A stretch of DNA of 64,000 nt from a virus (lineage: Duplodnaviria; Caudoviricetes): the IMG/VR virus record IMGVR_UViG_3300032007_000017. One strand, given 5' to 3'. Positions 1 through 9,048 of this stretch are shown here, piece by piece. The notes under the pieces are model-generated. The model saw only the letters and a program-made list of their open reading frames with translations, was not told where the DNA came from and made no database searches. Within the stretch, counting starts at the first letter, position 1; each line of letters starts with the position of its first letter. Made by a program: the position numbers and the translations under genes.

Positions 1-64
1 GCCTTAACCCCCACCCCTACATATCTCACTAATCGATTCGGTTTCTTATATAATTTCCTCATTT

Positions 65-100
65 AAAGAGAAAGAGAGAAAGAATTCTCTCTTTCTCTTT
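65..100. terminator. Perfect 16-bp hairpin (terminator or DGR target-recognition hairpin of an off-window gene)
   Basis: AAAGAGAAAGAGAGAA-AGAA-TTCTCTCTTTCTCTTT inverted repeat. Confidence 0.6.
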
Positions 101-226
101 TACAAAAAATAGAGAAGCTTTTTCTTTATACTCTTAAAACTTTATAGATTTTTCTTATGATTTTGCTTTTATTATTGATCCATAATATTTTTTATTGACG
201 ATTAAATGATAAACATACTATTAGAA

Positions 227-238
227 ACACATATTATA
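227..238 (+). promoter_or_regulatory. Early-type phage promoter motif upstream of the DGR TR-RT unit
   Basis: ACACATATTATA; the same motif precedes many non-structural genes. Confidence 0.5.
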
Positions 239-317
239 GTCGAATATGGCCAACATCTATTTGATAGCTTAGTTACCATACTTAAGTGTATGGGAAGTCT
301 ATTAAGGATGATGGAAA

Positions 318-481
318 TGGTGCCCTCGTGGTTCAATGTCAACTCGAACGCTGGCAATGTCCCGAATGTGGGTGGCAACTGGAACAACAACTTGAACAAT
401 TCCGGTCCTTGGGTCGTCAATTGTAACAATTCGCCGTCGAACACGAACTCGAACATCGGGGTCCGCTGCGTCGCCGCTTAA
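318..481 (+). ncRNA. DGR template repeat (TR), C-type-lectin/FGE-type
   Basis: Frame reads WFNVNSNAGNVPNVGGNWNNNLNNSGPWVVNCNNSPSNTNSNIGVRCVAA*; 17 AAC/AAT codons; no third-position A in sense codons; GGxW...NxGxR signature; upstream of a DGR-type RT. Confidence 0.92.
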
Positions 482-830
482 CCAGAAATGACTATATTGA
501 TTATAATATGTGTTTCTAATAACCAACTTACAGCATTAACTGAATTGGGTTAGAAGCGATATTATTATAGTATATCGATATACAAAGAGCAGTAATCTTT
601 GCTATGGATATAATTTAACTATGCAATCGCATTTTTCGTTCCTTATATCCTAGGTTGTTCCATCTTTCTTACTTCTGGTATTTAGGAAGTAAATTACGCT
701 CGAGAAAACATGGCGCAAGTAGGTCAGTATTATTACTGATGCAAAAGTCCCATAGAGTTTTCTGGTTATTATAATTTACGAGATACTTAACCATAGAGTA
801 ATTTCATATGATTGAAAGGAGAGATGTAAC

Positions 831-2255
831 CTGGGAAAATTACGAAAAAGTGATCTGTATCAGTTAATTTGCAGCAGAGAAAATTGCATTAAAGCCGCTA
901 AGAATGCTGTAAAGTTGAAGAAAGACCGTAATGTAATTGGGTCTTTGTCGTTTCAGATCGCTTCTAACCCAGAATACTATGGTGTATTAATAAGCAATAT
1001 GTTGAAAAATCATAAGTTTCATCCCTCTCCTCCGAATCATTTCTTCGTAAGAGAAGCTCCTTCAGGAAAAATAAGAGAGATATATGCACCTCAATTATTT
1101 CCTGATCAGATTGTTCATTGGGCTATTATGCAAGTATTAAGCCCATTGATGGAAGAAGAATTTTACTATTATTCTTGTGGTAGTATTCCAGGAAAAGGCC
1201 CAAGAATGGTTAAGGATTATCTGGAAAGTATGCTTCATCCAGATAAAGATCATATGAATTATAGCGTTATCAAACGCTATAAATTTTGTTTGAAATTAGA
1301 TGTTCATCATTTCTTTCAATCTATTGATAGAGATATAATGATGGATGTACTAAGAAGAGAATATAAAGATAAAGATGTATTAAATATACTATCTGATATC
1401 ATATATTCTGTACCAGGTGAAGTTGGATTACCGATTGGATATTACACATCACAGTGGTTATCTAATCTATATCTAACAGTCTTTGATTACTGGGTTAAGC
1501 GAGATTTACTGCCTAGATATTTTAAGCATCACATATACATTCGATATGTAGATGACATGGTAATCGTAGCAGGAAATAAACGACGTTTAAAAGCAGTCGA
1601 AGATGAAATCAATAAGTATCTCAAAGAAAAATTGAAACTTGATCTTAAATATAGCACCTATGATCAAATATTTGAGATCAATAAGCGTCCTATTGATTTT
1701 GTGGGATATAAGTTTTCTTTTGGAAAAACACAGGTTCGTAACCGTATTTTCAGAAGAGCTCTCACAGTTATGCATAAAGCAGAAACTAACAAGTATACTG
1801 TTCACAATCTTTCAAGTTATATCTCTTATAAAGGATGGCTTGGAACCTATAGTGCTTATAAAGATATCGATAGTAGTACACCTAGTTCTCGTAGAAGAAA
1901 ACTAAAGAAAGCTATGGAAACTGATAAGCACTATATTAAGAAGATTAAGGCAAATCAAGAAGCTTATAGTATTAAGAAGGAAATTCAAAGAAGATCCATA
2001 GAATATTATAAGGCTCACAATGAAGAAGAAGCTTTTCTAATAACCGTTAGTAAAGCAGACGTTATGAAGCATTACAATTATACTATTGCTGATAGTGTAA
2101 TGGTAATTGATCCAGATAATGAGGTTTATTATAAACCTCCAAGACCTAAGTTTAAGAAACCTGAACCGGTTCCTGAATCGCTCAGGAATCATAAGAAAAA
2201 ATCTAAGAACGACAATAGCATAGGTGATGAAAAGTCATATTTTCAGCCTATTTAA
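831..2255 (+). CDS. DGR reverse transcriptase (probable CTG start at 831; ORF track starts at 915)
   Basis: GKIREI, DQIVHWA, KLDVHHFFQSI, GLPIGYYTSQ, YIRYVDD, IDFVGY motifs; in-frame upstream LYQLICSRENCIKAAKNA matches the DGR-RT N-terminus; SD AAGGAG at 816-821. Confidence 0.93.
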   Translation: MGKLRKSDLYQLICSRENCIKAAKNAVKLKKDRNVIGSLSFQIASNPEYYGVLISNMLKNHKFHPSPPNHFFVREAPSGKIREIYAPQLFPDQIVHWAIMQVLSPLMEEEFYYYSCGSIPGKGPRMVKDYLESMLHPDKDHMNYSVIKRYKFCLKLDVHHFFQSIDRDIMMDVLRREYKDKDVLNILSDIIYSVPGEVGLPIGYYTSQWLSNLYLTVFDYWVKRDLLPRYFKHHIYIRYVDDMVIVAGNKRRLKAVEDEINKYLKEKLKLDLKYSTYDQIFEINKRPIDFVGYKFSFGKTQVRNRIFRRALTVMHKAETNKYTVHNLSSYISYKGWLGTYSAYKDIDSSTPSSRRRKLKKAMETDKHYIKKIKANQEAYSIKKEIQRRSIEYYKAHNEEEAFLITVSKADVMKHYNYTIADSVMVIDPDNEVYYKPPRPKFKKPEPVPESLRNHKKKSKNDNSIGDEKSYFQPI

Positions 2256-2262
2256 GAGTATA

Positions 2263-2322
2263 AGAGAAGCTTTTATAAGCTTCTCTGTTTTTTTTTTAGA
2301 GAACGCTTATAGCGTTCTCTTT
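2263..2322 (+). terminator. Tandem intrinsic terminators after the RT
   Basis: AGAGAAGCTT-TTAT-AAGCTTCTCT plus T-run, then AGAGAACGCT-TAT-AGCGTTCTCT. Confidence 0.8.
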
Positions 2323-2366
2323 TCATATTTCAGTTATATATTATTATACTGAAAGGAGAAATTATT

Positions 2367-2606
2367 ATGAGTATTCCAAAATTAACAGATCCTGAGCAGG
2401 TAGATCATTATCTCAGTAAGCTTATCAAAGCAGCATCCAGACATCCTGAGGATGATGATCTATATGAAACTGTCGAAAAAGTAAGACTAATTGTCAGAAA
2501 ACAACAGAATCTTATTAAGGAGGCTCACACTATCATTGAGAAAGCAAAAGAAACTTCAAAATCAATAAACGAAATTTTAGAGGAGATGAAACAAAATGGA
2601 AACTAA
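2367..2606 (+). CDS. Hypothetical protein (early)
   Basis: Early motif and AAGGAG SD; overlaps the next gene. Confidence 0.7.
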   Translation: MSIPKLTDPEQVDHYLSKLIKAASRHPEDDDLYETVEKVRLIVRKQQNLIKEAHTIIEKAKETSKSINEILEEMKQNGN

Positions 2607-4602
2607 TAATTCTTCGAAGACTATTCCTTTTGGCTCTTTCACAAGAAAGGGATTCACACAATCATTTTTCTGTGAATGCTGTTTCAATACAGCAGTGACA
2701 AACTCTTCAATATCATTTGATGGGGATGTCACTTGTAGTAACGACATGGATATCAGTCCAATATTTAGTAATCCCAATATCGATATATATTGCAAAAAAT
2801 GCGATAATTACATGGTAGAGGTAGATACTGGAATTATCGAGCATGTAGTCAGACTCAATAAAGCTGGATGCTTTACGCTTTTTTCTTGCGAAGGTCATAT
2901 CAATCGTCCGACAGCGAAAGCAATAGTATCTGAGGATGATGGGGATGTGTATGAAAATCCATATATCGCGGTTGTTCTTAATAAAAAGAATGCAGAAATT
3001 ATTAAGAAAACCTTCGAGGATTTCTACGCAGAGCTTAATAGGTTAAGCAACCCAGTCAAGTTTAGTAAGTATGATATGTATCCTATGGTCAATATCTATG
3101 ATATTAAACTTGAAGATAGAGAAGAAATCTACAGAATCGGCATGGATCTGTTGACAGATTGTATGCCGTCTGAGAATGAGTTTGAAGATTGCAGACGCAC
3201 TTGGTTAACATGCTTGGCAAAAGCAATCAAAGCCATCGAAGATGATGAGAAAGAAAATAAGAGATATACTGCTGGAGACATTATCGATCTATTTGAAAAT
3301 AAGTATGGATTTGATAACGTCGAATGCGATGAAGGTGATTACGAAACTGGAAGTGGATCGAGCCTCAAACTTGAAGTTCCAATTAATCAGTCATCGGATA
3401 TCATATCTTCCATTATAGAGTTTTGTAACACCAAGTCGTATCATATTATGGACATGAATCCTATTACTTCTGGAGATAATTATGCATCTTCTATCATCAT
3501 ACGTGTTCACATGCCGACAACCGTCTTTGACACAGAAGAAGGATTCTTAAACCAGGAAAGAGAATTCTTCAATAGTATGTATAAGTTCTTCTATGAAAAA
3601 TGGGAGAAAAATTATAAAAGTCCTTATGAAGTAAAAGGGATAAATTATGATGTAGAGGCTATCAATATCCCAAGTGATATATTTGGTAAAACCATTAATA
3701 TGCTCAAGGATAAGGGGTATAGCATTGATCAAGAATATGGTACTATCAAGAATGACATCACTGGATTCTTTACTACCAAGCCTGCTGTTACAATAACAGG
3801 CAATACCAACAAATATACCGAGATCTTGTCGATTCTTGATAGACATCGCCTAAATACAACATATAAAGCCAAAACGTTTATTTCAACCAGTAACAAAAAG
3901 ACTAGTAGTAATGAATTTGCGACGCATATTACCATTAATCAGTCATTCAATGTATTTACTGCTGAAGAAGTAAAACAAATTAGAGAGAATTTCTGGAAAG
4001 CTATGGAATTTGTTGCCATTGAGATCTCTCAAAATATCGAAAGCAGTAAAATCAAAAGCAACAAATATGATGGGTTATTTATTAAGTATTTCGGTGAGAA
4101 TAGTATAATCAAAGAGATCAAGAAGCATTCCGGCGAAAATAATATAATCAGAGAGATCAAGGATGGTGAATTTCCTGCAGCAACATTCAACAGTCTTGCG
4201 CATAGTGCATTCTATGATGTAAGTACGCAATTAGTTAGACTATTCGGTGAAACAAATAATTCAAAAGCAAAATTCGTCGTCATGAATCTCAATATAGGAA
4301 TCTCTGACGAGAATATAGTCACCTATCCTATTTTATCGGTCTATGTAAAGGACGATGAGTCCCTTTATAATAGGATTAATAGTCTGGTAAAAGGATATGA
4401 TATGAGATTAGTAAAAGTTGCAATGTATGGTGGTTTTAAAACGTCTACTATGAAAATCTCATTAGGAGAAGACTATGAGTTGATGAAATACCTGCGTGAG
4501 ATTGATGTCGATGATAAATCGGTTATCTATCGTATCAAGACTGCTCTCTTCTGGGCAGAAGTCGATGAGATTCTCAAGAACATTGAAAATCTCGATGACT
4601 GA
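2596..4602 (+). CDS. Hypothetical protein with N-terminal Cys pairs and LNxxGxxTxxSCEGH motif
   Basis: 668-aa ORF; CECC/CKKC putative Zn site; terminator follows. Confidence 0.75.
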   Translation: METNNSSKTIPFGSFTRKGFTQSFFCECCFNTAVTNSSISFDGDVTCSNDMDISPIFSNPNIDIYCKKCDNYMVEVDTGIIEHVVRLNKAGCFTLFSCEGHINRPTAKAIVSEDDGDVYENPYIAVVLNKKNAEIIKKTFEDFYAELNRLSNPVKFSKYDMYPMVNIYDIKLEDREEIYRIGMDLLTDCMPSENEFEDCRRTWLTCLAKAIKAIEDDEKENKRYTAGDIIDLFENKYGFDNVECDEGDYETGSGSSLKLEVPINQSSDIISSIIEFCNTKSYHIMDMNPITSGDNYASSIIIRVHMPTTVFDTEEGFLNQEREFFNSMYKFFYEKWEKNYKSPYEVKGINYDVEAINIPSDIFGKTINMLKDKGYSIDQEYGTIKNDITGFFTTKPAVTITGNTNKYTEILSILDRHRLNTTYKAKTFISTSNKKTSSNEFATHITINQSFNVFTAEEVKQIRENFWKAMEFVAIEISQNIESSKIKSNKYDGLFIKYFGENSIIKEIKKHSGENNIIREIKDGEFPAATFNSLAHSAFYDVSTQLVRLFGETNNSKAKFVVMNLNIGISDENIVTYPILSVYVKDDESLYNRINSLVKGYDMRLVKVAMYGGFKTSTMKISLGEDYELMKYLREIDVDDKSVIYRIKTALFWAEVDEILKNIENLDD

Positions 4603-4696
4603 AAAAGAAAGGGCATAGCCCTTTCTTTTTTGTATTCCCATTATTTGCTTGACCTGTAACATCCTAATAAAATTCCTAAATAAGGAGTGTGAAGAC

Positions 4697-5452
4697 ATGG
4701 CTAATACGTTCGAGGCTAAATCACGTATTCCCACTAGACCTTTGTCTTTTGCGAATATTGACATGATTATGCCGAAAGAACTCGCTGTCGATTATACTAA
4801 TGGTAATATCTATGTCAGCGATGAGAACGGTGTCGTTCACGATCTTTCTGAGGCGGTCGCTGAGATCGTTGCCTCTTCTGAAGAGTTAGCCGAAACGATT
4901 AAGGTTAAAATCGAAGATGAGCATGGAGAGGAACAAGAAGTTGTTCTTGAGACTGCTATTGCTCAGATGGCTATTGATATCAGAAATCTGAAAACTAAGT
5001 CTGAAGAAATTCAGGCTGCTGTTGATGAGATTACTCAGACTGATCCAGAAACTGGCGAGAAAGTTGTTAAAATCAAGCCAGGCGATATTATCGATGACTC
5101 TACTCATCGCTTTGTTACAGATACACAATTAGAAGAGCTTTCCAAAAAGATCTCTATTGATGGTATCGTCCTCACTCTTTATGCCGTTAATTGGACAGGT
5201 AGTGAAGCTCCCTATACGCAGACTGTTTCTAATGCTGCTTTTACAGCTAATATGCCTCGTCCTACTATTGATATCAACCACTACGAATCAGAAGTTTATG
5301 AAGATGCTATGGATGCAGAGGATGCATGGTGCAAAGTATACCGTGCCGTCACTGCAGATGGTAGTATCACCTTCTATGCTACAGAGAAGCCTGAAGTGAA
5401 TCTCTCTGTATTCGTCGAGATTAAGAAATCCGGTCTTTCCGGAGTTTCGTAA
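4697..5452 (+). CDS. Tail-fibre-associated structural protein
   Basis: Late promoter AACA-TCCTAA-TA; C-terminal domain homologous to that of the 9049-11049 fibre (WTGSEAPY...AWCKVYRAVT...ITFYA). Confidence 0.7.
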   Translation: MANTFEAKSRIPTRPLSFANIDMIMPKELAVDYTNGNIYVSDENGVVHDLSEAVAEIVASSEELAETIKVKIEDEHGEEQEVVLETAIAQMAIDIRNLKTKSEEIQAAVDEITQTDPETGEKVVKIKPGDIIDDSTHRFVTDTQLEELSKKISIDGIVLTLYAVNWTGSEAPYTQTVSNAAFTANMPRPTIDINHYESEVYEDAMDAEDAWCKVYRAVTADGSITFYATEKPEVNLSVFVEIKKSGLSGVS

Positions 5453-5467
5453 GGGAGGTTTCTATCA

Positions 5468-6124
5468 ATGAAATATATCGGTAGAGAAGAAATTATCACT
5501 GATACCAAAGATTGGACTGTTCCCAAAGCTAGAGATCAGAAATTCCAGGTTGCTCTTTATGGCGCTGGAGGATCTGGCTCTATCAATGGAAACTATTTCC
5601 AAGATGTTGGTGGAGCTGGTGGTGGTTCCGGCGATTATGCTTTTAAAGAGCTGGAACTTAAAGAAGGAGATCGCATTCATATTGAGATCGGTAAGGGCGG
5701 AGAAGGTATGACTGGCTCTGACAAAGTAGCTGATTATATTGGCCACATTGTCGGTAAAACTGGTGGTACTACGTCCTTTGGAGAGTATCTTTTCGCTGTC
5801 GGTGGCCTTGGCGGAAATATCAACCAAGGTGGAGATGGCGCAAATGATGGTGGCGCTACCGGTGAGACTGCCGAAGGCCACTATTTTGGAAACGGTTCTT
5901 CTGGTACCGTTGACGGTTTAAACTATACTTCTGGCGGTGGCGGTGCTGCTGTTAATGCCCGTGGTGTCGGCGGATCGGCCGAGTTCAACCAGGGTAATGG
6001 CGGTACTTCCGCTGGCGGAGCTGGATGCTTCGTAGAGAAGGTTGACGGGAAAGTTTCTCGTCGTATTGGTGCTGGTGGTAATGGTGTTTGTATCATTACC
6101 TATTATGCTCCAATTGGTGGTTAA
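5468..6124 (+). CDS. Glycine-rich tail-fibre tip/adhesin-like protein
   Basis: GAGGSG...IEIGKGG...GGTTSFGEYL...GGNGVCIITYY; paralogue of the 19877 and 21147 genes. Confidence 0.7.
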   Translation: MKYIGREEIITDTKDWTVPKARDQKFQVALYGAGGSGSINGNYFQDVGGAGGGSGDYAFKELELKEGDRIHIEIGKGGEGMTGSDKVADYIGHIVGKTGGTTSFGEYLFAVGGLGGNINQGGDGANDGGATGETAEGHYFGNGSSGTVDGLNYTSGGGGAAVNARGVGGSAEFNQGNGGTSAGGAGCFVEKVDGKVSRRIGAGGNGVCIITYYAPIGG

Positions 6125-6176
6125 AAACCAATATTAAAACCATTTAATAAAACATTGTAAAGGAGAAATATCTGAT

Positions 6177-6911
6177 ATGGCTATTTTCCAGATTGTTAAT
6201 GGCAAGTGCCATTGGCGTACCCCGTTTACCTCTCTCGATGAAGTTAAGGGTAAGTTCCCTCCCGACTGTCTGTTTGTCGATGCTCCTGACTATGTCAATG
6301 AGCAGTGGGGATTTGATGAGACTGAGATCGGCGACGATCGTTTCATTAAGCCGCAGCCGCCTGAGGGATGGATCTACGATGATGAATCCGGTCAGATGAT
6401 GCCTGAGGATATGGCTGAGCAGGCTCTCGAAGATGCTAAGAATGGTAAGCAGGCTGAGAATAATCAGCAGTTTGCTTCTTGGCTGAATGAGCATCCTCTT
6501 ACCTGGAAGGATGGTAAGAAGTATGGTGTTACACTGGCTGATCAGCAGGAGATTGAGCTGAACCTGGTTTCCTATACGATGGCTATTCAGGCTATCGATA
6601 GCAATACCGATATGACTGAGGAAGAGAAGACCGCTGCTAAGGCTGCTGTTGTTCTTGAGTGGCATGCTTCTAAGGAAGCTTGTGTTACTTGGGCATACGA
6701 GGATCTGGTTGCTCTGTCCATGGCTATTCGTACCTATATCTATGGTGCGTATACTTTGAATCAGACTTATAAGACCAGCATCTTCGCTGCTGAGTCTCGT
6801 AAGGATCTTAATGCTATCGAGTTCCACTATGATTACCTCGTTGATGATGGTAATGGTGGAGTCAAGTATGTGGTTCCTGAGAAGACTGAAAAAGCTACCT
6901 CTGAGGAGTAA
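6177..6911 (+). CDS. Tail fibre assembly/chaperone-like protein
   Basis: Position in tail-fibre cluster; GW..D motifs and helical C-terminus typical of fibre chaperones. Confidence 0.55.
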   Translation: MAIFQIVNGKCHWRTPFTSLDEVKGKFPPDCLFVDAPDYVNEQWGFDETEIGDDRFIKPQPPEGWIYDDESGQMMPEDMAEQALEDAKNGKQAENNQQFASWLNEHPLTWKDGKKYGVTLADQQEIELNLVSYTMAIQAIDSNTDMTEEEKTAAKAAVVLEWHASKEACVTWAYEDLVALSMAIRTYIYGAYTLNQTYKTSIFAAESRKDLNAIEFHYDYLVDDGNGGVKYVVPEKTEKATSEE

Positions 6912-6969
6912 TCGTTAGATTCATAAATCTCAGACACATATTATAACAATGTAGAAAGGAGGTCTAATA

Positions 6970-7008
6970 ATGGACGATGATATGTTCATCGGCGTCTTTG
7001 CTGATTAA
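6970..7008 (+). CDS. 12-aa acidic mini-ORF MDDDMFIGVFAD
   Basis: Own early motif (~6934) and strong SD AAAGGAGG. Confidence 0.4.
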   Translation: MDDDMFIGVFAD

Positions 7009-7125
7009 CGTTCCCAGTAAGAGTTATGAAGCTTATGAGTCGGTCCATTGCTAGGCCAAAATCTATGAAATCAAAGAGGACACCCCGCTAAGGGTGTCCT
7101 CTAATATTTAAGGAGGATAATATCT

Positions 7126-7527
7126 ATGGAACCCAAAATTATTAACAATAATAGCATGCGCTGCATGCAACTCTTTATGCGGGACCGTGTAATCGACAAG
7201 GATGTGATCCCGAGTGTCACACCTAAAGGAAACATTATGATCTCAAAAAACATACGATCGAAAGATGACAACACAAAACATGTCATTTCCTCGATTGAGT
7301 TCGGGGATGTAGTGACCTTTATGGCTGCATTCTACCATGATGACAAAATGGTTGAGTGCTTAAGAAATGTAGTGAACCCCATTCCCAGCGGTAAAGATTT
7401 GCTGCCGCCCGAAACTGCGTTTGACTTTTTGATAGTGCAGTTTATGGGTTTCGAATATGAGAAGTTATATGAGATATACAGAGCCGTAAAGAACGGTTAT
7501 CAGTTTGGCTACGATGTAGTCAAATAA
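7126..7527 (+). CDS. Hypothetical protein
   Basis: SD AAGGAGG; terminator follows. Confidence 0.7.
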   Translation: MEPKIINNNSMRCMQLFMRDRVIDKDVIPSVTPKGNIMISKNIRSKDDNTKHVISSIEFGDVVTFMAAFYHDDKMVECLRNVVNPIPSGKDLLPPETAFDFLIVQFMGFEYEKLYEIYRAVKNGYQFGYDVVK

Positions 7528-7596
7528 GGGGAAAGGGCTTCGGCCCTTTCTTTTTTTGTCTCGCAAACACTTAAATAAGAATGGAGGTTGTTTATT

Positions 7597-8466
7597 ATGA
7601 TGAATAATAAGCCTGTTTCTTATTTACAAACAGATCCTAAGTGGAAGAATAAATCTTATTCCACTAAAGGAGAGAGTACTACAATCGGTGCATCTGGATG
7701 TGGCCCAACTTGTATGGCAATGGTAATTTCTACTTGGACAGATAAGAAAGTCACTCCAGTAGATACTTGTAAATGGTCTGTTGATCATGGTTACAAAGCC
7801 TATAAGAATGGAACTTATCATTCTTATTTTACTCCTCAAGCGGCAGCATATGGATTATCTTGTATTCAGATTAATTCTAGTCTGATCTCTGATATGTCTG
7901 CTACAAATGCTGCTAAAGTACATCAGATTGCTAAAGATTATGTCCTGGAAGGCAATCTTGTAATCTGCCTTATGGGACCTGGTAATTGGACTAAAGGTGG
8001 ACACTATATACTTTGGTATTCAATTGACAATGAAAACAATGTATATATCAATGATCCTGCAAGTACTGCAAGTCATAGAGTTAAGAATACCTGGTCTCTT
8101 CTGAAATCTCAAGTTCGTAAATACTGGGTAATTAAAGTACCTAAGGAGGTTATTTCGATGACTAATTCTGAAGTGAAGCAGCTTATTAAAGATGAAGTTG
8201 CTGCTGCAATGGCTGCTAGTAAGCCTGCCACTGATACCATTCCTGCTAGCTGGGCTAAGTCTGCTTGGTATGATGCATGTGTAAAGAAGATCTTTGATGG
8301 ATCTAATCCTCATGGAAACGTCACTCGTGAGCAGATTGCTGCTGTTCTTAGTAGACTTAACCTGCTGGATGCTAATGCTACTGTTCCTGCAGACTTCCCC
8401 TGGAATAAGATCAAGAATGGTAACTTCCAGCAAGTGTATCTTGACTACAAAGCTGGCAAAAAATAA
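7597..8466 (+). CDS. Peptidase C39-like cell-wall hydrolase with SLH domain (putative endolysin)
   Basis: YLQTDPKW...SGCGPTCMAMV...GGHYI...INDP; C-terminal SWA...FDGSNPHGNVTREQIAAVLSR (SLH); late promoter. Confidence 0.8.
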   Translation: MMNNKPVSYLQTDPKWKNKSYSTKGESTTIGASGCGPTCMAMVISTWTDKKVTPVDTCKWSVDHGYKAYKNGTYHSYFTPQAAAYGLSCIQINSSLISDMSATNAAKVHQIAKDYVLEGNLVICLMGPGNWTKGGHYILWYSIDNENNVYINDPASTASHRVKNTWSLLKSQVRKYWVIKVPKEVISMTNSEVKQLIKDEVAAAMAASKPATDTIPASWAKSAWYDACVKKIFDGSNPHGNVTREQIAAVLSRLNLLDANATVPADFPWNKIKNGNFQQVYLDYKAGKK

Positions 8467-8543
8467 GATATAGAGACAGAGAGAATCACTCTCTGTCTCT
8501 TCTAATTTCAACATCTTAGTAAACCGTTGTATAAAAGGAGGAA

Positions 8544-9047
8544 ATGTTGATGTCTGTAGGAGATATCCGTTCTCCGGTAAGACCTCTTACGACAGGATCT
8601 CTGTCAAAGATTTATCCTGGAGAATTGCTAATCGATCCTTCTACTGGTAATTTCCGGTACTACGATTCGAACAATCACGTTATTCAGCATAACAAACCTG
8701 GTAGTTTGACTGTTATTTATGGAACTCAAACCATCTTGGATGGTGCAGATCTTTCTGGTAACGTTAGTGTTACAGTTCCTGAATACTCTCATCCTACTCA
8801 TACAGCTCATACAACTTCTGCTCTGTATAAGATTACAGTTGATGCATTGGGCCATGTCGATAGTGCTACTGCTGTTCAGTTTGATGATGAACCCACAGAA
8901 GATAGTACTAATCTTATGACAAGTGGCGCAATCTATGTGATGGAGAAGTACCTTCTCGATCTGATTGCCGCGCTATCTATCACTGTCAATGACCATACCC
9001 TGGTTATAAAGACTCCAGAAGAAACCAATATTGAGGGGGGTATGTAA
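8544..9047 (+). CDS. Tail-associated structural protein
   Basis: Late promoter; YSHPTH...KITVDALGHV motif typical of fibre proteins. Confidence 0.6.
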   Translation: MLMSVGDIRSPVRPLTTGSLSKIYPGELLIDPSTGNFRYYDSNNHVIQHNKPGSLTVIYGTQTILDGADLSGNVSVTVPEYSHPTHTAHTTSALYKITVDALGHVDSATAVQFDDEPTEDSTNLMTSGAIYVMEKYLLDLIAALSITVNDHTLVIKTPEETNIEGGM

Positions 9048-9048
9048 G

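Larger units (their letters stand above)
318..2255 (+). mobile_element. Diversity-generating retroelement core (TR - spacer - RT)
   Basis: TR followed by a ~350-nt non-coding spacer and a DGR-class RT. Confidence 0.88.

Noticed and set aside
206-481. 91-aa Asn-rich ORF as a protein gene
   Set aside because: Its Asn-rich half is the DGR template repeat; no convincing SD
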